A stretch of DNA of 64,000 nucleotides from Phycisphaeraceae bacterium (lineage in GTDB: Bacteria; Planctomycetota; Phycisphaerae; Phycisphaerales; Phycisphaeraceae), in assembly GCA_963674705.1 (NCBI GenBank), contig OY771506.1:672001-736000 (forward strand), given 5' to 3'. Shown here one piece after another: positions 10,713 to 20,266 of the stretch (position 1 is the first letter of the stretch; each line of letters begins with the position of its first letter). The notes under the pieces are model-generated. The model saw nothing but the letters and a program-made list of their open reading frames with translations. It was not told the origin of the DNA and did no database searches. A program made the translations under genes and the position numbers.

Positions 10713-11918
10713 CTACAACGAATTCACGATCGTGCCTGTCGGCTTGGGCGTACCGGAGCCCGGCACACGTATCTGCTGCATCCTTCCAGTCGACGCCGAT
10801 TCACGTGCGGCCAGGCACATCGCGGCGCTGAGAAGGCCGTCCTTGAGTGTGGATTTGGATTCGGCCTGGCCACGGATCACGTGCAGGAAGTTCTTGACCA
10901 GCACGTGGTCGCCGCCGTGGTGCCCTTCCGCGACGGGCACGTGGATGTCGTCGACCGCCTGGCCGTGATGCTCGGTGACACGGATCTTCTCGGTGAACCA
11001 GTCGAAGTCGAGCGTGGCATAATAGCCGGTGATTCGCGCGCCACGCCGGCCGGCGCTTCGGCGAGAGACGAAGTTCTGCGTGTAGCTCAATTGCGTGGCG
11101 TCGTCATAAAGAACCATCGCGGCCCCGGCGTCCTGATTCTCGATCGAGCTGGAGAACGCGCAGGCATGATCCTTCTTACCCATCCCGCCGTCGTCGCCGC
11201 GCTTGAGAATGTTGGCCGGGCTCTCCGGACACAATTCGGTCTTTGGACATTGTGAGCACATCAGGTTGGCCGGCTCGTTGCCGCCATAAACCTTACGCGT
11301 GCTGGTCGCTGAGATCGCCAGTGGCGTCGCATCCAGCAGGTGGTTGATGTAGTCGAAGTCGTGCGTCGCCTTCTGAAGCCAGAGCCCACCGGTGGTCTGG
11401 TGATCCCGATACCACTGCCCGAAGTACACGCCGCCGTAAGGAACATCATTAAACGCAACAACCTGGTTGATGGTGCCCAACCGCCCGGACTGTACGATCT
11501 CGTTGACGCGCTGGCACAACGGCGTCATACGCAGCGGGAAAGACACCACGACATTCTTATCCCGTCCGTCAAAAGCCTCCGCCAGTTCCGCCAATTGTTT
11601 CGTGGTGATCGAGACGGGTTTTTCCAGAAACAGCGGCTTGCCCAGCGGCGCCAGTTTCACTGCGATCGGTGTGTGCAAATCACAACGTGTCCCAAGCATC
11701 AACGCATCAAAGTCATCCGCGTGTTCGATCAACTCGTCCGTCGAATCGTAGAAGATCGTCTCGTCAAACGGCACGCCCTCTTCTTTGAGATGCGACCGCG
11801 CGTTATCACCATCCGGGTCGGCCACCGCGACCAGCTTGACCTGCGGGTCCATATCCTGCGCGAGCTTGACTAATGATGCGGCTCGTAAACCGGAACCGAT
11901 GACTGCTAAACGGATCAT
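10713..11918 (-). CDS. Gfo/Idh/MocA family oxidoreductase
   Basis: RLAVIGSG, HTPIA..LFLEKPV, GGLWLQKATHDFD, GHHGGD. Confidence 0.9.
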   Translation of the reverse strand: MIRLAVIGSGLRAASLVKLAQDMDPQVKLVAVADPDGDNARSHLKEEGVPFDETIFYDSTDELIEHADDFDALMLGTRCDLHTPIAVKLAPLGKPLFLEKPVSITTKQLAELAEAFDGRDKNVVVSFPLRMTPLCQRVNEIVQSGRLGTINQVVAFNDVPYGGVYFGQWYRDHQTTGGLWLQKATHDFDYINHLLDATPLAISATSTRKVYGGNEPANLMCSQCPKTELCPESPANILKRGDDGGMGKKDHACAFSSSIENQDAGAAMVLYDDATQLSYTQNFVSRRSAGRRGARITGYYATLDFDWFTEKIRVTEHHGQAVDDIHVPVAEGHHGGDHVLVKNFLHVIRGQAESKSTLKDGLLSAAMCLAARESASTGRMQQIRVPGSGTPKPTGTIVNSL

Positions 11919-11997
11919 TGCGTGATTAATCCTGGTAATGGTGAGGCCGGCAAAGCCGTCCGTTCTGCTGCATATCTATCCAAATCGACCGATACGT

Positions 11998-12858
11998 TTA
12001 CCTGTCATTCGCCGGGTTGGTATGACGCGGCCAGAACAGACGCTTGGCCCGTTCGAAGTCAGCCATGGTCATACTCTGCGCTTCGCCGGTGCCTATGATA
12101 TCGGTGGTACGCGCGGCAGGCACTGCGTGCCCATCGGCATAGAGTATATTGATCTTGCCGTTCTGATCGTCAAGCTCGCCGCTGTGTCGACCCCATTCTG
12201 GATAATTCCAAAGTAGCGTTGTCTGCTCAACGTCGCTATTGATTTTGGTTAGTTTGTTCGCCGGGATCCTGTAGTTAGGACTGCGTGTTTCAAACAGGTG
12301 GCCGAAGTAAATCTCACCGGTCAGCAGCAGCTCGGTAGGTGTGAGCATGTTATCGATCGGATGCCAGAGTTGGCCCGGCGTATAAGCGTCGATGCCGTCC
12401 AAGGGTCCGGGGACAGCCGAGTGATTCAAGCCATCCGCAATCGACAGGAACTGGTTCATGCCGTAGCTGCAGGCGACGTTGTTGTTCGGGTCGGTGGATG
12501 GCGCCCCGGTATTCACGACGTAGGGGTATTCGTCAGACGGGCAGACGAGGTTGCTGGTCGCCCCTTCTTCCACACTGCCCACAGCCGCCCCATCCAGGAT
12601 CAGCCGGTGCCACCAGCGGGTTTCAACACCATTCTCCTGGTAGATCGTGTAGGGCAGCAGCCCCTTGTTATTTGTGGCATACGACATCATGGCCACACCG
12701 ATCTGCCGCTGGTTGGATAAACACACAGCCCGCTGAGCGGTTTTCCGTGCCGCGCCCAAGGCCGGCAGCAGGATCCCCACCAGCAGAGCGATGATCGAAA
12801 TGACCACGAGCAACTCGATGAGGGTGAAAGCAAGTGTTCTTGGCCGTGCATGCTTCAT
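11998..12858 (-). CDS. Prepilin-type N-terminal cleavage/methylation protein with H-X9-DG-like C-terminus (DUF1559-like)
   Basis: [29 protein letters not shown]...[11 protein letters not shown]...NILYADGHA. Confidence 0.92.
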   Translation of the reverse strand: MKHARPRTLAFTLIELLVVISIIALLVGILLPALGAARKTAQRAVCLSNQRQIGVAMMSYATNNKGLLPYTIYQENGVETRWWHRLILDGAAVGSVEEGATSNLVCPSDEYPYVVNTGAPSTDPNNNVACSYGMNQFLSIADGLNHSAVPGPLDGIDAYTPGQLWHPIDNMLTPTELLLTGEIYFGHLFETRSPNYRIPANKLTKINSDVEQTTLLWNYPEWGRHSGELDDQNGKINILYADGHAVPAARTTDIIGTGEAQSMTMADFERAKRLFWPRHTNPANDR

Positions 12859-12928
12859 GACTTGTTATCCTAGTCGTATCGATTAGATGTTACGAATTGA
12901 GGCCCAAAAGCGATGGAATACTGACAAC

Positions 12929-13034
12929 TTGTTAATACGACTTCATATGATAACACCTTGTCAACCCTATTTAAAGCCTATTTTGGTGATTTTGTGAATT
13001 TTCTAGTTGACAATACAAGCTACTCTGATAGATT
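12929..13034. promoter_or_regulatory. Divergent promoter with operator-like boxes TTGTTAATACGA (12929-12940) and TTGACAATACAA (13007-13018); TTGACA-N16-TAGATT sigma70-like promoter just before the regulator ATG
   Basis: Sequence inspection; boxes resemble those at 3170 and 3269. Confidence 0.5.
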
Positions 13035-13040
13035 GGGGGC

Positions 13041-14111
13041 ATGTCCGTGACAGACGTACCAAAATATGAGCAGGTCAAGCGCAGCCTGGTGAAAGAGATC
13101 CAGACTGGGCGCTGGTCACCGGGCAGCCCCTTCCCCTCCGAGAGCCAGTTGCTCCAACGGTACAAGGTCAGCAGGCCGACGCTGATCCGCTCGCTTCAGG
13201 AAATGGTGAGAGACGGCTATCTCTATAGAGAGCAAGGCCGAGGCACGTTCGTTGCCGACCCGAGCAAGAAGCCGGGCACGGATACCGTCGCGGTCTTCAT
13301 CTCCAATGATGTCGCAGCACTCAGCGGCGATGCCCGCGAAGTACAGCTCCGCATTATCAACGGCGTGCAATCCGCGCTAGGCCAAGGCCACCAGGCCATG
13401 ACCGTCCGTCAGGCCGGCCCCAACGTGATTGATCAGGACACTAAATGGTTTCTGGAACAGACTCGCCCCGGCACCGCGCTGGTCATCGAGCCATCGTTTA
13501 ACCCAACATTGATCCGCGATCTTCAAGACCGTGGCTGGAACACATGGGCGCTGAACGAGCCGTGCCCCGGTTGCCACAGCGTCTACATCGATCAGGATTC
13601 GGCAGGCTACCTGGCCGCGAAGTACCTGATCGACCACGGCTGCAAGCGCATCGCCCTGCTCAACGGCCCACAGAATACGTACTGGGGCTTTGAAGCCAGG
13701 CAACAGGGTTATGAACGTGCGTTGCATGAAGCCGGGCTGCAGGTCAATAAAGATCTGATCCGCAACGGCAAGCACGCGATCGACAGTGAAGCCGGCCGAT
13801 CGATGTTTAGAGATTTATTGGATGCGAACACGGAGCCGGACGGTGTGGTCGGCGCCAGTGACGCCAAGGCCATGGGCGCGATCGCCGCCGCCCTGGAAGC
13901 GGGTTTGGCCATCCCGACGGATATTCGGTTTGTGAGTATTGACAACACGTTGGCGGACCGTTCGGACCCGCCGTTATCAGCAGTAGCGCTGCCGTTCACG
14001 CAGTTAGGTGAGCAGGCCGTGATCCAGGCGGGCCAGGCCCGGCAGGGGTCCAAGGGCGCGGTCGCAATGAATATGCAGGTCTGTTTGCAACCTAAACTTA
14101 TCGAGCGCTGA
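13041..14111 (+). CDS. GntR-HTH / LacI-type sugar-binding domain regulator (AraR-like)
   Basis: PKYEQVK...PSESQL..VSRPT..GYLYREQGRGTFV, then periplasmic-binding-protein-like domain (IPTDIRFVSIDN...PPLSAV). Confidence 0.92.
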   Translation: MSVTDVPKYEQVKRSLVKEIQTGRWSPGSPFPSESQLLQRYKVSRPTLIRSLQEMVRDGYLYREQGRGTFVADPSKKPGTDTVAVFISNDVAALSGDAREVQLRIINGVQSALGQGHQAMTVRQAGPNVIDQDTKWFLEQTRPGTALVIEPSFNPTLIRDLQDRGWNTWALNEPCPGCHSVYIDQDSAGYLAAKYLIDHGCKRIALLNGPQNTYWGFEARQQGYERALHEAGLQVNKDLIRNGKHAIDSEAGRSMFRDLLDANTEPDGVVGASDAKAMGAIAAALEAGLAIPTDIRFVSIDNTLADRSDPPLSAVALPFTQLGEQAVIQAGQARQGSKGAVAMNMQVCLQPKLIER

Positions 14112-14161
14112 AACAACGCCGGCGTCGGCGGAGGAATCGCGCAAGTTCTCTGAGGAGGAGA

Positions 14162-14836
14162 GTGATGATGCAACAAGTTCCCAAGTTTATGGCGGGGGCG
14201 TCTCTTGCCCTCGCCCTCGCGGCGGCCGGCACGGCGCAGGCCGGAACGTGGGCCACGATCACCATCGATGACGACTACAGCGATTGGGTAGGCGTCCCTG
14301 TCGTCGACAGTGATCCAGCGGATAACGTCGGCGGCGTCGACTTCTTCGAGGTCCAGATCGCCAACGACGCGGATTACCTCTATGTCCGCAATACGTACCA
14401 CACCGCCAACGCCATCAGCACATTCATGGGCATCGACATCGATGAAGACACCGCAACCGGTTTCAACATCTTCGGCCTGGACCTGATCGGCCAGGATGCC
14501 GGCTGGCAGAACGACTACCCGTTCACCTCCGGTGATGACGTCTTCAATGACGGCTACGGCATGTCCGGCGACTTCTTCGGCATCGGCGCCGGTCTGCTCG
14601 CTCCCTATGGCGACTTCGTTACCCGTGAAATGGCGATCCCGTTGAATGTCACACTCAACGAAGACGGCTCCCCGCTGTTCCCCGACGACACGATCCGGAT
14701 CCTCTTCTGGACCGATAGCGCCGGTGCTGCGGGTGGCGATGTCAGCGCAGTGATTGATTACCAGTTAGCGGTTCCCGAGCCGGCAAGCCTCGCGCTGCTG
14801 GGATTGGGCGGCCTGGCGATGCTTCGGCGTCGCTGA
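14162..14836 (+). CDS. PEP-CTERM surface protein with a single beta-sandwich (DOMON/CBM9-like) domain
   Basis: Signal peptide, RBS GAGGAG, C-terminal VPEPASLALLGLGGLAMLRRR; fold assignment is inference. Confidence 0.88.
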   Translation: MMMQQVPKFMAGASLALALAAAGTAQAGTWATITIDDDYSDWVGVPVVDSDPADNVGGVDFFEVQIANDADYLYVRNTYHTANAISTFMGIDIDEDTATGFNIFGLDLIGQDAGWQNDYPFTSGDDVFNDGYGMSGDFFGIGAGLLAPYGDFVTREMAIPLNVTLNEDGSPLFPDDTIRILFWTDSAGAAGGDVSAVIDYQLAVPEPASLALLGLGGLAMLRRR

Positions 14837-15019
14837 ACAATTTGGCCCGACATGACACCCGTTCATGGGCACGACCGCTGATCGTCGGCCCAAAAGGTAT
14901 CTAGTGGCCAAAACAACATTCAAACAAGTGAGTCTTTTCGTTAACGCGAATCGACTCACCTTCGACGGAAACGTACTTCAGGATTCATGTCATTGAGAAC
15001 CGTACAAGGACACACAACC

Positions 15020-16009
15020 ATGCATACCCGAAATGCACTCTTGTTGACCACCGCTGTCTTGACCTGCCTGCCGACTTCCAGCGCCTATGCCGGCTCGCTC
15101 GAAACCCAGAACAACCTCGTCGCCAATGGAGCGATCTACGTCGAGGCACTGGACTCCGACCGAACCGATTGGGACAGCATCACACCTTATCAGGCCGATG
15201 TGGACGCGGTGATCCCCGTGCTGAGCTACGGCACGATCAGCATCGCACACGACGACAACAACTTCTACTTCCGTCTGCAGATGGATCATTACGAAGAAGG
15301 AAACGCTGACCAATCCTGGTTCGGTGCTCACCACCAGATCCTCATCGATATCGACCAGAACCGCAGCACCGGCTGGATCGGCGGTGACGGCGACACAGGC
15401 ACCGATGATGACTACTTCGGCATCGGTGCCGATATTCTTATCGAGGGCCCGGCCGTGCATAAATACGGCAACCTCTCGAATCCCGGCGGCGCCAACCAGG
15501 AACTGTGGACATGGGCCAACCTCGTCCCGTGGGGCTTCGTAACCTATGACGACAGCCCGCCAAGCGACATCGAGATCATGATCCCCCGCTCGGACCTGCA
15601 GAACGCCACAGCGTTTAACTTCATCTGCGTAACTACCGACGCCACTTTCGTCACCACCGATGTCTACCCGACTACCGGTGTCTTCGATCCTCTGACACAG
15701 ACCGAAGCCGACGCTCAGTACTTTACCTACGACATGAGCTATGTCGATCCGGGCGTCGATGGCGACCTCAACGGCGACGGCTTCGTCGGCCTCGATGACC
15801 TGGACATCATCCTCACCAACTGGAACCAGAATGTGACCGTGGGCGATCAAGCCGATCCGAGCGGTGACGGTTACGTCGGCTTGGATGACCTGGACTTCGT
15901 TTTGAATAACTGGAACGCCGGGACACCCCCCGCTTCCGTCGTGCCCGAACCGGCAACACTCGCACTACTGGGCTTCGGTGGGATGGCCCTGCTGAGAAAA
16001 CGCCGGTAA
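15020..16009 (+). CDS. PEP-CTERM protein with shared beta-sandwich domain and dockerin-like module
   Basis: Signal peptide; IAHDDNNFYFR..IDIDQNRSTGW; duplicated GDGFVGLDDLD; VPEPATLALLGFGGMALLRKRR; alternative start 14987. Confidence 0.88.
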   Translation: MHTRNALLLTTAVLTCLPTSSAYAGSLETQNNLVANGAIYVEALDSDRTDWDSITPYQADVDAVIPVLSYGTISIAHDDNNFYFRLQMDHYEEGNADQSWFGAHHQILIDIDQNRSTGWIGGDGDTGTDDDYFGIGADILIEGPAVHKYGNLSNPGGANQELWTWANLVPWGFVTYDDSPPSDIEIMIPRSDLQNATAFNFICVTTDATFVTTDVYPTTGVFDPLTQTEADAQYFTYDMSYVDPGVDGDLNGDGFVGLDDLDIILTNWNQNVTVGDQADPSGDGYVGLDDLDFVLNNWNAGTPPASVVPEPATLALLGFGGMALLRKRR

Positions 16010-16031
16010 TACTCCCTCCGTGGTGAGGCGC

Positions 16032-16067
16032 ATGCGCGGGCGCCCGTTCAACGACGGACGCCCGCAT
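16032..16067 (+). terminator. GC-rich hairpin after PEP-CTERM gene
   Basis: GCGGGCGCCCGT...ACGGACGCCCGC stem; no clear U-tract. Confidence 0.35.
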
Positions 16068-16168
16068 TCATCTGGGGGATGAATGACAACGAATGAAGTG
16101 CGTTGCCGGAAATGGTCGGCGAACAATCGCCAACGAAGATACTTAATACCACAGACAAGGAGCCCTAC

Positions 16169-17776
16169 GTGCGGTTACCCCTTGCCATCCGATTCGCTTG
16201 CCCGCTGCTTGCCGTCGTGCTGTTAGGCCAGGCCAAAGCCAGCGCCGACCTCACCGCGATCGTGCCGGCCTACTTCTACCCCACCACCAACAGCCCGTGG
16301 GATGACCTCACCACCGCCGCCTCACGCATCCCCGTCACCGCGATCATGAATCCCGGCAGCGGCCCCGGCTCATCACAAGACTCGAACTACGTCAACGCCG
16401 TCGACACCTTCCGCACTGCAGGCGGAAAAGTGATCGCCTACGTTTACACCTCCTACGGCTCACGATCATCCGCACAAGTCAAGGCCGACATCGACAAGTA
16501 CGTCAACTGGTACAACATCGATGGCATCTTCTTCGATGAGTTCTCCAACGCCTCGTCCACCAGCACCCTGAATTACTACCAAGACCTCTACGACTACGTC
16601 AAAGGGATCAATTCGACGTGGGAAGTCATGGGCAACCCGGGCACGAACACCGTCGAGTCTTATTTGACGAGACCCGCTGCCGACAGCTTGCTTGTTTTTG
16701 AAAACTACGGCAGCAGTTACACCAGCTACACCCCCTCCGCGTGGAACTACAACTACGATTCCTCACAGATCGGCCACCTGATTCATACCACCAGCAGTGA
16801 AGCAGACATGCTCACTTACCTCGACCTTGCTGTATCTCGTAACGCGGGTCAGGTCTACATCACCGATGATGTGATGAATAACCCCTGGGACACGCTGCCT
16901 TCCTATTGGGACGCGGAAGTCGACCGCATCGAGCAGATCAATAACGGCAATATCGATCCCCCACCGACCGGTGGTACGACGTTAAGTAACCCGGTCGCTA
17001 ACGGCTCGATCGTCGTCACTACCACCGATCGTTCCGACTGGGCCGACATCCCCGCATACGATGCGGACGGCTCAGAAACCGGCGGCGTCGAAGTCGATTA
17101 CGAAACCATCCAGATCGCGCACGACGACACCAACTTCTACTTCCGCATGCTGCTCAACAGCTCTGTTTCGCTCAGCTATAAGCACAACGTCCTGATCGAT
17201 GTCGACTTCGACCGCGATACAGGCTTCATCGGCGGGGCCGGGCAGTTCGCTGTCGGCGCGGAGTATCTGCTGCAAGGCTCAAACGTCTACGAATTCACCG
17301 GCAGTTCACAAGGCGCGTGGAGTTGGAACTACCTGGGCACGATGTCTGTCAACGCCACGCCTAATACCGATATCGAAACGCTGATCCCCCGATCACTGAT
17401 CGGCAATCCTGACGGCTTTGACTTCGTCCTGTTTGCTGACAACGCCACCGTGGATATCGATTACTACCCGAACGTTGATCTTGACGCGTTCCGCTACCTG
17501 ATCGATATGCCTCTGGTCGGCGATCTGGATGGTGACGGCTTCGTCGGATTAAGCGACCTGGACATCGTCCTTAGCGCGTGGAACCAGACCGTCACTGCGG
17601 GCGACCTAGCCGCCGGCGACCCCTCCGGCGACGGCTTCGTCGGCCTCGACGACCTGGACCTGATCCTCAGCAACTGGAACGCGGGCACAGCGCCGACCAA
17701 TTCCAACAACATCCCCGAGCCTTCGACCTTGCTGCTTTTAAGCGCCGCCGGTGTTGCTACACTCTGCCGACGATAA
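16169..17776 (+). CDS. Spherulin-4 (GH135-like) glycoside hydrolase + beta-sandwich + dockerin-like + PEP-CTERM
   Basis: IVPAYFYP, AIMNPGSGPG, KVIAYVYTSYG, IDGIFFDE, NPGT, NPWDTLPSYW typical of spherulation-specific family 4; GTG start after AAGGAG; IPEP tail. Confidence 0.85.
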   Translation: MRLPLAIRFACPLLAVVLLGQAKASADLTAIVPAYFYPTTNSPWDDLTTAASRIPVTAIMNPGSGPGSSQDSNYVNAVDTFRTAGGKVIAYVYTSYGSRSSAQVKADIDKYVNWYNIDGIFFDEFSNASSTSTLNYYQDLYDYVKGINSTWEVMGNPGTNTVESYLTRPAADSLLVFENYGSSYTSYTPSAWNYNYDSSQIGHLIHTTSSEADMLTYLDLAVSRNAGQVYITDDVMNNPWDTLPSYWDAEVDRIEQINNGNIDPPPTGGTTLSNPVANGSIVVTTTDRSDWADIPAYDADGSETGGVEVDYETIQIAHDDTNFYFRMLLNSSVSLSYKHNVLIDVDFDRDTGFIGGAGQFAVGAEYLLQGSNVYEFTGSSQGAWSWNYLGTMSVNATPNTDIETLIPRSLIGNPDGFDFVLFADNATVDIDYYPNVDLDAFRYLIDMPLVGDLDGDGFVGLSDLDIVLSAWNQTVTAGDLAAGDPSGDGFVGLDDLDLILSNWNAGTAPTNSNNIPEPSTLLLLSAAGVATLCRR

Positions 17777-17810
17777 ACTGTTGAGCAAATAATTAGCGCG
17801 TATCCTCATC

Positions 17811-19424
17811 ATGAAAAACATTTGCCTGTTGTTCACCGCCCTGACCGTACTCGCTGGGTCGACCGTGTCTACTTCCGCTGCCATACAGACATTCACGCCC
17901 GATGACGGACGCCTGTTCGCCAATCCCGAGCGCGGGATGTACTACCACGTCGGCTCAACCTCAGAGCAGGATGTGATCCAGCCGTGGATGTTCAATGTCA
18001 TGGAAAACAGCAACATGACCTTGATGCTCCGGCTGTACTATCTCGAAGACTTCAAGAACCAGCCGTTAAGCCAGACACAACTGGACATCATCAGCAACGA
18101 CTTCGCACAGATGCGCCAGGCGGGCGTCAAGACGATCCTGCGCTTCGCCTATAGCAACGACATCGGCGTATCGGATGCGCCCTTGAGCGTCGTACTCAAC
18201 CACATGGACCAGCTCGCACCGATCATTCAGGCTAATGCCGATGTCATCGCGACCGCGCAGGCGGGCTTCATCGGCGCATGGGGTGAATGGCATTCCTCAA
18301 CCAACAACCTCACCGACCCCGCCAACGCACGACAGATCACGGATAAATGGCTTGATATCCTCCCGCCGGAAAGAACCATCCAGATCCGCACACCCGCGTT
18401 AAAACAAATGATTACGCAGAACACCGCCGCTCTGACCTCCGGCGAAGCGTTCACCGATACCGCCAAAGCCCGCATCGGCCACCACAACGACTGCTTCCTG
18501 GCAAGCGAAACCGACTTCGGCACGTATACCAACCCCGTAGCCGACAAGGCTTGGCTCAACCTCGAAACACAGTTCCTCCCGATGGGCGGCGAAACCTGCG
18601 CCACCAGCTCCCGTTCCGGCTGCGACATCGCACGCGTCGAAATGGCGCAGCTTCACTTCAGCTACCTCAATAGCGGCTACCACCCGGACGTCCTCGCCGA
18701 CTGGGAATCGGACGGCTTCCTCGACGAGGTAAAACAAAAACTCGGCTACCGGTTCGAGCTTGTCTTGGCTGAATACGAACCGGCCGCAACAACAGGCTCG
18801 CAATTGCCCATCTCGCTCGACCTTGTGAACACCGGCTGGGCATCCCCCTACAACCCGCGCGACGTCGTCCTCACGCTCCAATCGCTCGACGGCCTGACCG
18901 AATACGCATTCTCGCTCGATGAAGACCCACGCACATGGCTGCCCGACAGCACCATCAACATCAACGCCATGCTCGACCTGCCCGCCGACATGCCCGAAGG
19001 AAACTACCACCTGCTGTTCTCTTTACCCGACCCCATGGCGGCTATCAATCACCGCCCCGAATACGCGATCCAACTGGCAAACCCCGGCCTGTGGGACGCA
19101 GCCACCGGCAAACACGACCTCGGCATCACCATCGCCATCACAACCGCTCTCCAAGGCGACCTCAACGCCGACGGCTTCGTCGGACTCGATGACCTGGACA
19201 TCATCCTCAGCGCATGGAACCAGAACGTCACTGCCGGCGACACGGCCGCAGGCGATCCTTCCGGCGACGGCTTCGTCGGCCTCGACGATCTGGATGTCGT
19301 CTTGAACAACTGGAACGCCGGCAACCCACCGGGCAGCAGCGTGCCTGAGCCGGGCGCAATCCTGATCGCGGGTTCACTTGTATCGGTCTTGATTCAACGA
19401 AGACCGTCGTCTGCATGCGGATAA
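17811..19424 (+). CDS. DUF4874/DUF4832-type protein with dockerin-like module and PEP-CTERM
   Basis: ANPERGMY, GFIGAWGEWH, RIGHHNDCF, MGGETC; VPEPG tail; paralogue of 3336..4703. Confidence 0.85.
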   Translation: MKNICLLFTALTVLAGSTVSTSAAIQTFTPDDGRLFANPERGMYYHVGSTSEQDVIQPWMFNVMENSNMTLMLRLYYLEDFKNQPLSQTQLDIISNDFAQMRQAGVKTILRFAYSNDIGVSDAPLSVVLNHMDQLAPIIQANADVIATAQAGFIGAWGEWHSSTNNLTDPANARQITDKWLDILPPERTIQIRTPALKQMITQNTAALTSGEAFTDTAKARIGHHNDCFLASETDFGTYTNPVADKAWLNLETQFLPMGGETCATSSRSGCDIARVEMAQLHFSYLNSGYHPDVLADWESDGFLDEVKQKLGYRFELVLAEYEPAATTGSQLPISLDLVNTGWASPYNPRDVVLTLQSLDGLTEYAFSLDEDPRTWLPDSTININAMLDLPADMPEGNYHLLFSLPDPMAAINHRPEYAIQLANPGLWDAATGKHDLGITIAITTALQGDLNADGFVGLDDLDIILSAWNQNVTAGDTAAGDPSGDGFVGLDDLDVVLNNWNAGNPPGSSVPEPGAILIAGSLVSVLIQRRPSSACG

Positions 19425-19615
19425 GCTCGCACATACTGTATTAACGAAGCAACTTAAGACAATTCAATCCGGGCGGTATCACATCAACAAGTCGCAACAA
19501 AGTTGTGCAAAAAGCCCACAAACATCCTCGACTGGCCCTCGGTCGCCGGGTATCCTCTTACGATAGTCGGCTTCATCTATCTCGCCGGCAAGGGCAATCG
19601 ATCAGGAGGCTCAAC

Positions 19616-20266
19616 ATGAAGGATCAGCGGGATACACCTGTTACCCCCGCAGGCGGCGGATTCTCAAGGCGTGGTTTTATCAAAGGCGTCGGCGGCGCAG
19701 TCGGTGTCGCAGCGCTCGGCACAGTCGCGCGCGGCCAGGATGAAAAAGAACCCACTGGCCCCATCAAACGCGGCGGACTCACCATCTACCCCGCCAAGGA
19801 CGTCGACATCACACTCAATATCAACGGCCAAGACACCAAGCTGCACGTGCTGCCATCCGCAACACTGCTTGAAGTCATCCGCGAACAAGCCGACCTCACC
19901 GGCAGCAAGGAAGTCTGCAGCCGAGGTGCTTGCGGCGCGTGTACCGTCCTGCTTGATGGCAAAAGCATCAATAGCTGCCTGACGCTCGCCGTCGACGCAG
20001 TCGGCAAAAAGATCAAGACCGTCGAAGGCCTTAGCGACGGCGACAAGCTCGATCCGGTGCAGCAGGCCTTCATCGACCACGACGCGTGCCAATGCGGTTA
20101 TTGCATCCCTGGCTTCGTCGTGCGTTCCCGTGCGTTGCTCGATGAATTCCCGAACGCCGATAGCCAGCAAATCCGCGAAGGCTTAAGCGGCAACATCTGC
20201 CGATGCGCTGCATACGTCCGCATCTTCGAAGCGGTTGGATCGGCCGCGAAGGGAGGTGGCGCATGA
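19616..20266 (+). CDS. XDH/aldehyde oxidoreductase 2Fe-2S subunit with Tat signal (PaoA/YagT-like)
   Basis: SRRGFIK twin-arginine motif; CSRGACGACTV, CQCGYC, GNICRC; RBS AGGAGG before ATG 19616. Confidence 0.92.
   Translation: MKDQRDTPVTPAGGGFSRRGFIKGVGGAVGVAALGTVARGQDEKEPTGPIKRGGLTIYPAKDVDITLNINGQDTKLHVLPSATLLEVIREQADLTGSKEVCSRGACGACTVLLDGKSINSCLTLAVDAVGKKIKTVEGLSDGDKLDPVQQAFIDHDACQCGYCIPGFVVRSRALLDEFPNADSQQIREGLSGNICRCAAYVRIFEAVGSAAKGGGA

Noticed and set aside
15768..19325. Repeated dockerin-tail DNA as a diversity-generating retroelement TR/VR pair
   Set aside because: Differences look mostly synonymous rather than adenine-specific, and no reverse transcriptase is present
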